Shown: positions 48,341 to 61,177 of the stretch, in pieces
Layout of the letters: every line of letters begins with the position of its first letter
How positions within the stretch are numbered: the first letter of the stretch is position 1
Source: Hydrurus foetidus
Taxonomy: Eukaryota
DNA: 61,177 nucleotides
Assembly (NCBI GenBank): GCA_900617105.1
Contig: UYFQ01000115.1
Span: forward strand, 1 to 61,177
Direction: 5' to 3'
The notes under the pieces: model-generated
Database searches by the model: none
Told to the model about the DNA's origin: nothing
What the model saw: the letters and a program-made list of their open reading frames with translations, nothing else
Translations under genes and position numbers: made by a program

Positions 48341-49636
48341 TAGACTATAGCTCATAGATCATAGGTCTATGTTCTATAGATCATAGAACCTTGGACCATA
48401 GGGTGTACATCCATTCGTACGTACGTACGTCCCGTACTGACGTACATCCCGTACTTACTACCGTACTCCGCCGACCAGCCACCAGTCTTACGGCCAGCTT
48501 GATCTCTCATGTGCTCACGTGTGATTTATCCGACACCAGATAGTAAACGTGATCAATTAATTCATAAATTTTCGCGGACGGTCAGCAAGTAGCGGGAAAG
48601 CTAGCTTGGTAAAGCGCTTGGGTCTGAAGAAATTACGGTTGGGTTCGAAGGCAGACAATCATTTCTGTGCTTGTGAAACGTCATCGATTGAAGGAGGGAA
48701 CATGCAGATCAATTGGAGACGCAGAAAAATGCCGCAGCATGGCTGAACAAAACTTCACTGATATCTAGCGTGGTGGAATTTCTTTCAGCAGCGCGGCAAC
48801 CGACGAGCGACGCGCGACGCGCGACCATCACTATTTCTGTGGATCTTTGAGCGCCGTCGACGAGAGGCAGTGAGGTAACGCGCCACGCCACTATTATCGA
48901 GCAGCGCCGCAAGCAAGGCGCGCCCATCATTACTTCTGTGATGCTCTGAGCAGCGTGAGGCGCCTCCCGCCTCACTCAAGCAGCGAGGGGCAGCGTGGCA
49001 ACCGAGGCTGAGAAGAGATGAGCTGAGCGATCAGCAATCGGAGGGATGATCTATGAATTCGATGAACAGCGACATTTCCTGGGGCGTCAATCAGGGAGAT
49101 GTCTGAGAGCTGCGTACGGCACCTTATCTAGTAACTGACTAAATATACCGTCTACTGTTTTTGGAACTTTACAATATCAATTGGCGTGATAATTAAATTG
49201 CCATTGTTTGTCCATTGTGTTTCACGCCGCACCTTCAGGCTGTCCATTACCAAAGGGCTTACATGTACGCTTTGCTAATTTACTGAGCGACACGATTGCA
49301 GAATCGCAAATTGATTTCTGCAGTGTTTGATTCCTGCACTTATACGAGATACTATTGACAGCGTCGCGTGCGGGGCCGGGTTACGGTTAATTTTGTGGAG
49401 CTGGTTTACGGTCAATTATGACCGTAACAAGGATTACTTAGCATGCGATTACAAATGCAATCGTCGATGTAGTGATGAATGGCCATTGCGATGAGTACCG
49501 ATTCGAAGAGTCAAAGGAGTCATGGGTAGAACTTTTGAGTGTTTATCTAATTCAAATAGTATGTTTAATTGCAGATTTTGGCAGTCAACTGGGCATCCGG
49601 ATTAATTTGTCGTATAGTATATGAGTTACATTATTG

Positions 49637-52448
49637 CTATAATTCAGTCATCGCACTGTCTTCAATCTGTCTGAGTACAGCTTCCTGGACCTGTCTATAT
49701 CTCGCGGCTATCCTAGCTGCTCTCGCTTCATCATTCGCAGCGTGTACGAGATCTCGTGCAGCTCTTCTGTCATTGATGTCCGCTATCCCTTCAAGTCTTT
49801 CACGCTCCTCATTGGCAATGTTAGCCCTCTGAAAAGCGTGAAGTTCACCACTTCTTGTACGACAGTCTCCTCTTCTATCGGTTCATTAAAATCATCACTC
49901 GTCAATGCTTCTTCCTCATCATCACCATCGTCGAGGTCCTCTCCGATGACTACTACTTCCCCATTAATCACCTCATCCTCATCCAAATGAGCGTGCTTGT
50001 CGTCATCTTCAATTTCCTCGTCACCTTCTTCCCTTGGTACCTCTTCAGGGCCGTATTGAAAGCGAGCAATAAGCAGATCTATTTTGCGCTGCCTAATCTC
50101 TACCTTCCTCCCAAAATTGACCACGGTTGGCAGATCTTTCTCCAGCCAACTTTTGAGGCAAGCAAGCATATTTGTATTCTTTCCTGTCAATCTTGCTCTT
50201 CTGTTTGATGCTATCATGCCAGTTTGACTGAACAGTGACTCAACGGTCGCGGAAGAAAACTTAGTCACAAGAATTCTTCTAGCCACTCTCCTTAAGATGG
50301 GGAATCGATCTCCTTGAACTGCCCAGAATTTAAGCGGGTTGCCGGTTGTATTGTCAGGTCTCAACTCAACCAAGAATCTAAAGTATTCACTAAGTTCACG
50401 TTGAATAAGTGATATAGGTGCTGATCCAGCGCATGCCTCGCGCGACATTCTCTCAAGCGCGGAAAGGTTGGCATCCGGCTCGTCATTTTCTTCGTTGCGT
50501 ATGACAGCCATCTCATCATTTGTGAGGTAACCGCTGCTCAGCAAACCGTTGACTAATTCCTTCGGATAGTCCTCATACTTCAAAACCCTTGGGTCCAACA
50601 ATCTCGCAACTTGATTGGGGATTTGGTTGGTAAAGTGGTCCCCGATGTATCTCTCAAAGTTGGCCTTAAAAGCGTCCGTGAAGTCTGATAAGGCCAAAAA
50701 CTCGGCGACTTTTGTTTGATCTTGCTCAATCACTACTAAATGTCTCTGAAGGAGTACAATGGACGTCCTGATAGCTCTCATAGAGGGTCGGACAAGTGAA
50801 CCCGTAACACAATCACGGACACTTGCTCACCAATCTTCTTCATCACTGGCACTATGTGCGTAAACAAATGCCGACCGGCCTCAACCTTCGCTTTCCAGTC
50901 GTTCCAACTTCCCACTTCATCTCGAGATGGCCCGAAAAGTTCTCTGGCATTTAGTCCATCGTAGTACTGCCAATTCTCCAGGAATCGGACTATCTCCTCC
51001 ATGATACTGTTCCATCTAGTCTTGATACCTAGCACAGGCATTTTGAACTTAGCCCCTGATAGTTGTATAATATTCATCAAATTGTGAATAAAAAACAGAA
51101 GTAAAATACGTAAGTGATAAATTAGTGATTCTTACCTTGAGTTTCTACATGTCTCCTGAGAATGGTTATTCTCTTCGGACTACTACCGAGCTTAACAGTA
51201 ATTTTGTGCATAGCCTCGTAAATATCAGAAATTGCTGGCGATTGCTCATAGATCCGTTTGACCATGTTATGAAGCAAATGGCACGCACATTTGTTCTGTT
51301 CTATGTCTTCCTCATTTCGAAAAACATTAATAGATGCGGCTGTTGTATCCTGGGTGGAGGTCGATATCGTATCGAGAGGAATATCAAAAGACTGAAGAGT
51401 CTCTTTGATAAGCAGCATAGAATTAGCTGCGGTGTGTGGGGGTGGAAAAGGCATGCACGATAGAACGATGGTCACCAGCTCCCACGTATCTGCTGATCTA
51501 GTGTCTAGAAGAAGGCATAAAATTAAACGAGAAACAATTCAATTATAATCACGATTTTGCTTACCGACTTGCTGCATAACCAAGCCTTGATACGATGATG
51601 TCTTGTTGCTCCATACATCTTGCTCTAAGCCTCTGAATTTGCGGTCTTGAGGATTCGATGAATCTTTGAGTTGAGAGAACTCAAGCATCGCTTGAAGGTC
51701 TCTGGAGATTTCCTCCTTTTTTTCCGTATACAGACTTTTCATTTCACGTGTGATGCTTCGCCGACTTATTCCAGAGACATCTCCGCATAAAGTGTGAATA
51801 AGGAAACCAAGCCCCTTGTTCTCTTTAATCTCCAGCGGCAACATCCCAACAGCTGAGGCAATTGTAATGATGCGAGGCAGATTCAGCTTTCGCTGCTTCT
51901 TTAGTGAATTCTCAATGGCTGAGCCAGTCACGGTGGATTGTGTCGGTGCATGGCGCTTGAGCCTTGCGACTGGAACAGTCCTATCGGATGCTTCCAATTT
52001 CGTAAAGAAATTGGCGATGGCCTTCACGTAGCCAGTATCCAAATCCTTGAAGAAGATAGATTTTGTTGTTGCCTTCAGTAAAAGTAACAGTTCAGCTATA
52101 GGAATTCAGATATCTTACTTTGTATGGTATTAACTCCTTGTGGTGAGTTTTTATGTGACTCCGTAAGTTACAGTTCACGTAGGCCATGTCGACGCCGCAT
52201 ACAATTAAAACGTTCCTCTCGCAACGTTGTACGAGGCAAGTTCCCCTCGGTTTACCGACGTCGTGTGACGGGTAGTACTTAGTAAAGCAGTTGTGGTAGT
52301 TGGAGTCATTGCTGACCCATTTGATTGCAGGAATACTACTTGCTAGCACAACACCAACACCTTCCCTTCCATCTGAATCCTTAGAGATGACTTGTTTGGC
52401 GCGATCGCCTAGCCAGTGAAAACCTACCTCTAAAGTGTCGGTGGGCAT
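49637..52448 (-). CDS. hAT transposase, intron-containing, possibly disrupted
   Basis: NLRSHIKTHH (BED-like), QDVWSN, QDTTAA, CACHLLH, KTRWNS, NPLKFW...FPILRRVARRIL...SSATVESLFS dimerisation domain, acidic tail. Confidence 0.9.
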
Positions 52449-52762
52449 AATCAATTTTATCTGAATTAGAGACCATAGATCATAGTGCATAGCTATGCTC
52501 TGCAAAGACGAAAATATTCAAGACCATAGATCATAGACCATAGATTACCAGATTATTTTTTTTTGAAAATTCAGATCATAGATAATAGATAATAGATCAT
52601 AGAATCTCAAACCAATTCATAGAATATAGACTATAATCTTTGAATTGGTGGAATCTATGGTCTATGATCTATAGGCAAAAAAAAGCTGCCCACCTCTGAG
52701 TATACTACACTAGGGAGCAGGCAACCAGGCCAACCAACGAGGCCAAAGTCCAGGCCAAAATA

Positions 52763-52853
52763 TTACCAGAGCAGAATAAAGTGTCCACTTTTCGGTGGTA
52801 AAAAACTCAAATGGAGTGATGATAATAATAGACATTTTATTCTGCTCTGGTAA
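52763..52853. mobile_element. 91-bp MITE of the same family as 47453-48340
   Basis: TA|TTACCAGAGCAGAATAAA ... TTTATTCTGCTCTGGTAA|TA; the internal part is the inverse of 47624-47677. Confidence 0.8.
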
Positions 52854-52938
52854 TATAGTGCTGCATTTACAGTACGATATGTGGCACCATAATTTCTCCA
52901 TTAGTTTTTATGATCGATTGCAGCGAAACGAAGTAACT

Positions 52939-53278
<340 letters not shown>

Positions 53279-54117
53279 CCTTTCTAACCAAATGGAGAGC
53301 AGAAATCGACTGACTCTACTGCATGCTGGAACTGGGCCTAGAAGGAATTAGAGGAATCGTGGAAAATTATTGGCCTTGAAGGAAAGTCCTATGAGGATAC
53401 AGCAGATCCAACAGCGAAATCGATAAGCAAAGCATCGGATAGTATTGCCGAGAAAACGAGAAAATCTTTCAACTTCATTGTTCCGTATAGCAACGAGGAA
53501 AGAGATATTTTCTATTTGTATTATGAGGGACTACTCCAGAGGTAAGTTAATGAATGTCTCATGCATCCTGGCGCGTAAAATTTGAAAGTATCATGAATCT
53601 TGCTAGGAATGCTGCCAGAGCCACGATGAAATCAAACGCTCATCGACGAAGTTTAGGAACTGTCACACTTGATCCAGTTGCTCCAACTATTCAACAGGCA
53701 TAACCATTTGTGTTGCCTTCACATCCAGTAGAAAAATTGAGAAATCGACTGATTCCAGCAGTTGAAGGGGGAAAAAAAACACAGAAAATTGCGAAGCGAC
53801 TCGTGTAATACAGTGCATAACAACAAGGATCTGAAATGTATCGTCGTATAATGTCATAATGTCTCCAATCATTGCGCCGCCATTTCCATCATCAAGTTCT
53901 TCAGCTGTCGAAAATTGAAAAATCGATAAATAATAATGTAGCCTACAACTTTTCTTATGATGAAAAAATAATTAATTATGATGAAGGCTACAATTAGACA
54001 AAATCATATTAATAAGATTTCAAAAATAACTGCTTGACTTTGTAAATATACAATGAATTAAGGGAAAGAAAGAAAGAAGCAAACAAAGATAGAAAGAAAC
54101 AAAGAAAATTAAAAAAA

Positions 54118-54560
54118 GAGAAGAGAGAGAGAGAGAGAGAGAGTAAATGTGTGCTGCAGTGTGTGTCTATGAGGGAGAGAGAGAGAGAGTAAGTGTGTGT
54201 GCGAGAGAGAGAGTGAGGGTGTGAGAGACAGGCACCGCACTTCACTTAAAGAGGCGCCTGACACTCTCGCACTGTGCAACACCGCTCGCACTGTACTTCA
54301 CTGCACAGCACCTTCTCGCACTGTGTGAAGCCGCTCTCACTGCACTTCACCGAACAGCACCTTACGCTGTACAGCACCGCACTCCATTTCACCGCACAAC
54401 ACCTTCCACTCTCACACTGTACAGCACCGCACTTCACTTCACCAAGGACCTCACATTCTCGCATTGTACAGCACCGCACTGCACTCCACCGAACAGCACC
54501 TTACACTGTACAGCACCACACTTCACTTCACCGCACAAAACCTTGCACTCTCGCACTGTG
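54118..54560. repeat. (GA)n/(GT)n microsatellites followed by degenerate CACTGTACAGCACCGCACTTCAC-type tandem repeats
   Basis: Directly visible low-complexity and imperfect repeat units. Confidence 0.85.
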
Positions 54561-54961
54561 TCTGCATCCTCTGCAGCTCTAATGCTTTAAGACAGCACTA
54601 AGAAGCGTATAGAGGACACTTGACTTGATCTGGGTCCGAAGCAGGAGCTCTAACTACTGTGATCCAGACTCTACAGAACCGTTTTAATTATAGTGCGGTA
54701 TTAATTAGTCACCGTGATTCAGCGAATACAAATTGCAACGACACTCAATCTGTGATTGAAATTTGATCCACATCGATTATAATCAATCCCAGAAGTGGAG
54801 TTGAGCAGTGACATTATTACAGTACGAGTAGATGACGCGAATCACTGTAAATCAGGACACTACAGCCGAGAATAATCACCGAATAGATAATTTGATAAGA
54901 CACAGGAGGAGCGCTATGCACTTGACTGAAGGTGAAAATAACAGAATTTAATTATGCTTAA

Positions 54962-55370
54962 GAGTCACCGGCCGCAGGTGCGCTCTTTTTTTAGTGTGGA
55001 ATTTGTCCCTACAGCATACCAGCTGGATATTTTCGAGTTTCTCACAAAATTCAATTCTGTAAATTGGGTTCGGTTAAAGTCACCAATATCTAACTGCGCT
55101 GTGTGTTTGCCAGTCGAAAAAAGTTTTCTGTACGTATGCCACTTTTCTAATTCGAAAAAAAGTGAGTGCTTTCGGATTCGGAATCGATGCCAGACAACAG
55201 TGGGGAATGCAGAATTTCAAGCTGAAGACGAATATTAAAACAGTTTGTTCCACTTCGCTGGAATGGAAAACATCCAACCGGTTTAAAATTGAGTGTAAAA
55301 AGTCCAATTTTTGGATTTTACGGTTTTTCTACATGTGAAAAAAAAGAGCACGGCTGTGGCCGGTGACTCT
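54962..55370. mobile_element. Non-autonomous TIR element bounded by TTAA (Kolobok-like termini)
   Basis: TTAA-GAGTCACCGGCCGCAGGTGCGCTCTTTTTT ... AAAAAAGAGCACGGCTGTGGCCGGTGACTCT-TTAA; purine termini inside TTAA. Confidence 0.75.
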
Positions 55371-55454
55371 TTAAAATGCTTAACCTGTCGCGATCCTGAC
55401 TTCGTCTCGCTGTCTTCGAACGATGACAGTCTCCATCAGATAGATATTCCATGG

Positions 55455-55717
55455 TATGGCTCTGATCGGGACCTAGGACGATGGCACCGAAGTTGGTAGG
55501 ACAGAGGGCGGGACACGGAGGGACGAAGGAAAGCGACGTTGTTAGGATAACGTTGTGATTATAGTTTACAGTTAAAGGATAGGTGATGTACAGTCTCCTA
55601 ACAAGGCGGGAGTTCTATGTAGAACTAAGACCCAAAACTGGAATCTGGGCGTATTGTACCTATTGTACCTAGTTAACCTAGACACATTGTATCCACCTAG
55701 GGATGCATAAGGCTACA
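55455..55717 (-). repeat. 3' LTR of gypsy E
   Basis: 263 bp; differs from 60917-61177 by one substitution and one indel by eye. Confidence 0.94.
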
Positions 55718-55916
55718 CTACCCCTTCTTCCTTTTTTGAAAATCAACACCATATGTGTTAGAGAAAAAAAATATATGTATATATATATAGCGTATAAAAA
55801 CTTGAAACGATTATGTCAGACTTTTACTGACTAAACTCTCCAAAAAAGACCCGTAGGTAAAAAAAATGGGAGAGAATCCTCATGGATAAAGTTTCAAGGA
55901 TATATGTATATAAAAG

Positions 55917-58900
55917 TCAACGATGTTGTTTATTGATTAAATTGGTCATGTTATTATGACGTAAATAATCATGAAGTTTAACAACGTCACGAAGACTTGA
56001 ATAAGGTTCCCAAGTGTTTTTGTCAGAAGGGTAATTTAACCATTTGACTAAAAACTCTATGTGGGTGCGTTGATGTTTACCACGATGATCAAGAATATCT
56101 TCAACAAAGTATTCCATGTGATCACGTCGTGCAACATCTAACGGATTTGTGATTGATGGGTCAAATAGAAAAGGTTTCATGGAAGATACATGAAATTCTG
56201 ATGTTTTCTGAGTGACGAGATCATATAAAGTGTAACGCGAATTTTCGCCACTAACGACTTTTAATGGACCTCTCCAATGCGTGTGAAGACGTGAAGGAGG
56301 TGATCCATCGCGATAGTGCACCAAGACATAAGAGTCTTTTGGATACTCTACATGCTGAAAGATTTGAGACTGACTTTGATGAAGCAAATCTGTGCGAAGA
56401 AGTTCTTTAGCCGAAGCTTTAAGAAGGCTTTCTTGCGTTTTGAGTAGATTGCTCATACGCTTTGACAAAGGTTTGTCATCAGTAACATTTCGCTCAGCAG
56501 GAGGTAAAAAATTCCTCTATCGAGTTTCAGTACATTTCCGAAAAGAAGTTGAGAAGCTGATATCTTTAAACGATCACTGTGGTTAGAATTTAAAATTCGT
56601 TGCACAAATGGAAGTGATGTTTTATAATCTTCTAGTGTGACATTATCGAATGTTAATGCACGAAGATGTCTATTAACTTCTTTATTCATGCGCTCAACAA
56701 TAGCATTTTCTTCTTTAGAGTATGCTAAAGTAAGACAATGTTGAGTGCCAATAAGAGTTAGAAACTCTTTGATAACTTCGGAAATGAAGTGTGGCCCATT
56801 ATCAGAACGGAGTTGGAGAGGTGCGCCGAAACGACCGAAATGTTGCAAGAGGCATTTAGCTGTTGAAAGTGCCGTAGCATCTTCTGTATGAAACAGTTCA
56901 ACCCATCTTGTGAACGTATCGATAATTACGAGTACGTACCCGCCGTCTGGAAACGGTCCTATGAAGTCTATGTTAAGGCATTCCATAGGTGTGTAAGTAG
57001 AAGTCGAGAAGCCATGAGCATGTATTGGTATCTTTAACATACTCATCTTCTGACAACACGAACAGTGATCTATGAACCACCTGACATGCTGTCGCATATA
57101 TTGCCAAATTTCATTTTTGTCTTTGAGACGCTTTAGAGTGCGCTCAAGACCGAAATGTCCAACTTGTGAGTTGTGTACTTTACTGATAATATTGTACTGC
57201 TCACGTGTTAGTTTAAATTTCTCAATAATATTAGCAGACATGATTGCATCAGGAGTATATTCCTGAGGGAAATCAACCATGTTATTGCGACAGAGTCGAG
57301 ACATCGAATCAGCTATATCATTGTTAGATCCAGGTATATATTCAATCTTAAATGAATATTCGGATAAGGCCATAAACCACCGAACAATCATTGGATTTGA
57401 ATTATCCTTGATGTATAACAAGTTACGATGATCTGTTCGTAATGTAAACGTACGATCACGTAATAGCGATTTTAAATACGTGCACGAATAAAAGATAGCA
57501 TATGCTTCTTTCTGTATAACAGCCCAACGAAGCTGAGCTTTGTTAAGTGATTTACTGACAAATGCTATGGGCGTCTCTTGACCGTCAACTAACTGGAAAA
57601 GATAGGCACCTACACCGTAGTCCGATGCATCAGTGTGCAAGTAAATCGGATCGGTGTCACTTAAAAGTGCATAGTCGTGCATTTTGAAATCTCGGATTTG
57701 ATCAAATTGAATGCTCTGAGAGCTTCTATTGTCCAAGTTATTTTCTTATACTTATTATAGTTAAGAAGCAACTGATGTAACGGGTATACAACAGTAGAAG
57801 CGTTTCTAACAAAGTCGTGAAAATAATTAACCAATCCTAAAAACTTTTAAGTTGTTTAGATAGTACTGGTTTAGGAAAATCTAAGACAGTCCGTATTTTT
57901 TCTTGTGACATTCTAAGTCCATCCGCAGATAGAACTTTGCCAACATAGTCTATTTCGGCATAGCCTAGATAACACTTATTCGGTTTAAGGAATATTTTGT
58001 GTTTTCTAAAGCGTTCAAAAACAAGACGAAGTCTAGAAATGAGTTCATCAATGTCTTTACCGAAAACATTGCAATCATCGATGTACATTTCGCATATAGA
58101 GTATATCAGACCTGCTAACACAACAGTCGTCATGATCTGTTGGAAATAGGAGGGAGCTTGTTTTGGCCCAAAGGGTAAACGAGTGAATTGATATACTCCG
58201 CAGAAAAGTATGAATGCAGTATAAGCACGTGCAGCGAGTGTAAGTGGTGCTTGATGATAACCTTGAGTGAGGTCAAGTACAGCAAACACTTTTGCTTTAT
58301 GTGCACCTATTCTACGCAACATCTCACCGATGTGTGGAATAGGATGTGATTTATCTTCGGTACAATTGTTGAGATTCCGAAAATCAATACACATGCGCTT
58401 AGTTCCATCAGATTTTGGAACTAGTAAAACTTGGCTATAATAAGCCGCGTTTGATTTTTCAACAATATTATGTTTTTCAAGTTTGTTAATCTGACTAAGA
58501 ATGTCAGCTTGATCAACTGTTGATTTAGACCATGGAGGTTGTCTATTTCTAGGGACTCTCCATTGGTCGTCATTGACATGAAAGTCAAAAGGTGGAATAT
58601 CAGCAGGAGTGGCCGAAAGTTCACTGCTAAATATATCCTTGAATTCGTGTACTAGTAACCGAAGTTTATTTTTCTGATCTTCATCACCTGCTAAGTTTAT
58701 TAGCGAGAGTGGGTCAGTATCAGGAAATTCATCTATCCAAGGTGAAAACGAGTCCTTGATCGAGTCGTCGATTTCATCCTCATCAGGGGGCACAGCCTCA
58801 AAAAGTCTTTCAGACTCTTGTATTAGTGAAGCTAGAATAACGTGTGTTTGAGTGACTGCCGGTTTCACCTTTTGGGTTAAAGGATCGACTTTTGGGGAGC

Positions 58901-60786
58901 CATCGGAGGGTTGCAACTTCTCCTTAGGCTGACAGCCACACGTTATATCCACTTGCTCAGAAGATAAAACTTCCGCTAACGGGATTGTGCTTGATGAAGC
59001 ATTGGCAGATATTTGATCGGGGAATCGTGAAAACAAATTCAATTCGCGAATTGTTTTTCGTCCCACTATTAGATCAAATTTCGAATCGTTTAAAACATAA
59101 GCCGTGATTGGAAAAGTATAATAATTATTTAAATCAGGGCAAAAATAAGAAAGAGTTAAGTCTATAGTGTCAGAAATATCATAACAATGATTATCTAATC
59201 CACTACAAACTTTACACAATTTCTTTGAAGAGTTAGAAACGAATTGTGTGAAATTGAGGTTAGTTATAATGCGGCGATGTATAAAGTTGCCAGCAAAAGA
59301 GCCGGTGTCCAGGAGAGTAAAGACTCTATTACTTTTTTCCAGCATAACCTCCTGTGAGAGGGGAGATACGAAGAAAGGAATAAGTTCTGGATCATCGGAA
59401 AGAATAGATGATGAATTTAGGTTGCATAGTTGCTCACCTTTGTGTTTCTTCGCTGGGTTTGTCGAGTCTGCTGTTGAAGTAGCAGGTTTTGACGAAGAGG
59501 AAGAGGAGGAAGAGGAAGACGATGAAGAAGAGGTCGATGTCTTAGGTAAAGTTGGAATAAACTTAGCCTTTGAATCGACTTTCAACAACTGCTTATGACC
59601 CTCAGAGTTAATGTAGGGTGTCTGTACTGTTATAGTACGGAGACGTAGTGTAGAAACACGTGGCGACGAAATGGCCAAGTCTCCCACAACCTGTGCACAG
59701 AGGTCTTTCGAATTTGTCAGACTTGTCTGATTGCACAGATTGCTCGTCCTCTCGTGGACGTTTTTTGATTTTGTCCTGAGAGGAACGAGGAGGAGCTTTG
59801 ATTTGGCGAGAGTTATCACCATACAAAGGAGAGACATCAATGAACCGTAAGGCATCAATTGATTCTCGTAGCTTAGCAAGCTGCGCAAGCCATACGAATC
59901 GAAAGTCTTCGATTGTAATGAGTCTTGGCGTTGTATTGTTAAGACTACGCTGTAACACTGCTCTCCAATTGATAGGTTCGACAGGCAACTTATCGATTAG
60001 AATTTTGGTTGCCTGAAGTTGGAGAGCGGGTGTTGCATCAGGGAATCCATCAACAATATCAGCTAAAAGCTGATCTGTCTTGTCTTCCACTGATTTATTC
60101 TTCAGGTCGAATTGAAGTGCGACCTGAGAAACAGTTTCAATGAAACTCAGCTTGTCAGTTCGATTGACAGCTGATGTAGGAACTGTGAGATTGAGTTCTC
60201 TACAGAACAATTGATTCGACCAATGTTTCCAATTGTTACAGGAGTCGCGACGATCGGGATCAGTCGCAAACTTACGCTTGAGAAGCGTTGTAAACGATTG
60301 ATGGTTGGAAACATGGACTACGTCAACTGGTTTAAATGGAGTTCCATTTGAAAGGAGAACTTCCATTACCCGTAGTACTTCCTGACGAGAGGGCACGGCG
60401 CTCAACTTAGGAGCTCTCTCACCCGTTTGCACATATTGCTGGGGTGGTGCCATCGTCCTTGGAATAGGATTCTCAGCTGAAGCTGGTGTCGCAGCCGAAG
60501 CTGGTGTCGCAGCCGAAGCTGGTTGTAACGACAAAGCGTTCAATGCAGAAATGACAGGGGCATCAATGGCAGACATGACCGCAGGCTCCGAATTCCGCTG
60601 AGGAATCGGTGCAGACAGGTCGCCGGCGGGGTCCTGAGTCGCAGGTGACCCAGGAAAATCTGCATCTGCTCGTCGTTGGTTATGCTCATCATGACGTTGG
60701 CGGAAAGCGACGGCCACAGCTCGAGGCTGCTGTCGTCGGAGGGCGTTGATGGAGCTAGTCTTCTTCTCCTGGCGTCGTACTGCCAT
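55917..60786 (-). CDS. gag-pol of gypsy E with several frame breaks
   Basis: ORFs 59608-60906, 57837-59888, 56453-57736 and 55917-56468: CTGCGRLGHFVATC, LLDTGSFAGN, YIDD, TDASDYGVG, SDNGPHF, FLVKWLNY..NTWEPY. Confidence 0.92.
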
Positions 60787-60916
60787 AATGTTGGCGTTGC
60801 GGGTAAAGTTGGAGGAGGAGACGGATGGAAAGAGGGAGGAGAAAAAAATTTTCTCGGATTGAACTTTGACGAAACTTTGATGGAAGTAACTTTGGTGAAT
60901 GACCAAATATCGATAT

Positions 60917-61177
60917 TATGGCTCTGATCGGGACCTAGGACGATGGCACCGAAGTTGGTAGGACAGAGGGCGGGACACGGAGGGACGAAGGAAAGCGACG
61001 TTGTTAGGATAACGTTGTGATTATAGTTTACAGTTAAAGGATAGGTGATGTACAGTCTCCTAACAGGCGGGAGTTCTATGTAGAACTAAGACCTAAAACT
61101 GGAATCTGGGCGTATTGTACCTATTGTACCTAGTTAACCTAGACACATTGTATCCACCTAGGGATGCATAAGGCTAC
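60917..61177 (-). repeat. 5' LTR of gypsy E
   Basis: Copy of 55455-55716. Confidence 0.94.

Larger units (their letters stand above)
45676..52698 (-). mobile_element. hAT DNA transposon, 7023 bp
   Basis: Perfect 12-bp TIR CAGAGGTGGGCA; 8-bp TSD AGTATACT (45668-45675 / 52699-52706); CATAGA-type subterminal repeats at ~52470-52675; hAT transposase inside. Confidence 0.93.
55455..61177 (-). mobile_element. Ty3/gypsy chromovirus-like LTR retrotransposon E (family 3); window ends ~1 nt before its outer end
   Basis: LTRs 55455-55717 and 60917-61177; PPT complement CTACCCCTTCTTCC at 55718; gag-PR-RT-RH-INT-chromodomain. Confidence 0.96.

Noticed and set aside
54230..54560. Repeat array as CRISPR-like
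   Set aside because: Degenerate low-complexity tandem units without unique spacers, in eukaryotic context with no cas genes.

Overview
Eukaryotic nuclear DNA (spliceosomal introns; probably a plastid-bearing stramenopile, inferred), dominated by nested transposons flanking a small gene island. Left nest (1-23888): a pogo-type DD35D DNA transposon hit by two copies (A, B) of one chromodomain-bearing Ty3/gypsy family, with a young Ty1/copia element (C) inserted into B. Gene island (24.6-36.3 kb): a bacterial-type NAD-dependent formate dehydrogenase with one intron, pescadillo/NOP7, a long-TIR MITE and an N-terminally extended EngB/YihA GTPase. Right nest (36.7-61.2 kb): a truncated copia (F) split by a second chromovirus family (D), a 7 kb hAT element carrying nested non-autonomous elements, simple repeats, a TTAA-bounded MITE and a third chromovirus family (E). 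Main signal: all three gypsy families have unrelated LTRs and lack a tRNA primer-binding site. Each instead has a sequence-divergent palindrome centred exactly 5 nt past the 5' LTR, and they share a conserved stem-loop in the 3' UTR, pointing to a tRNA-independent priming/packaging system. Many frameshifts sit in homopolymer runs and may be sequencing errors.
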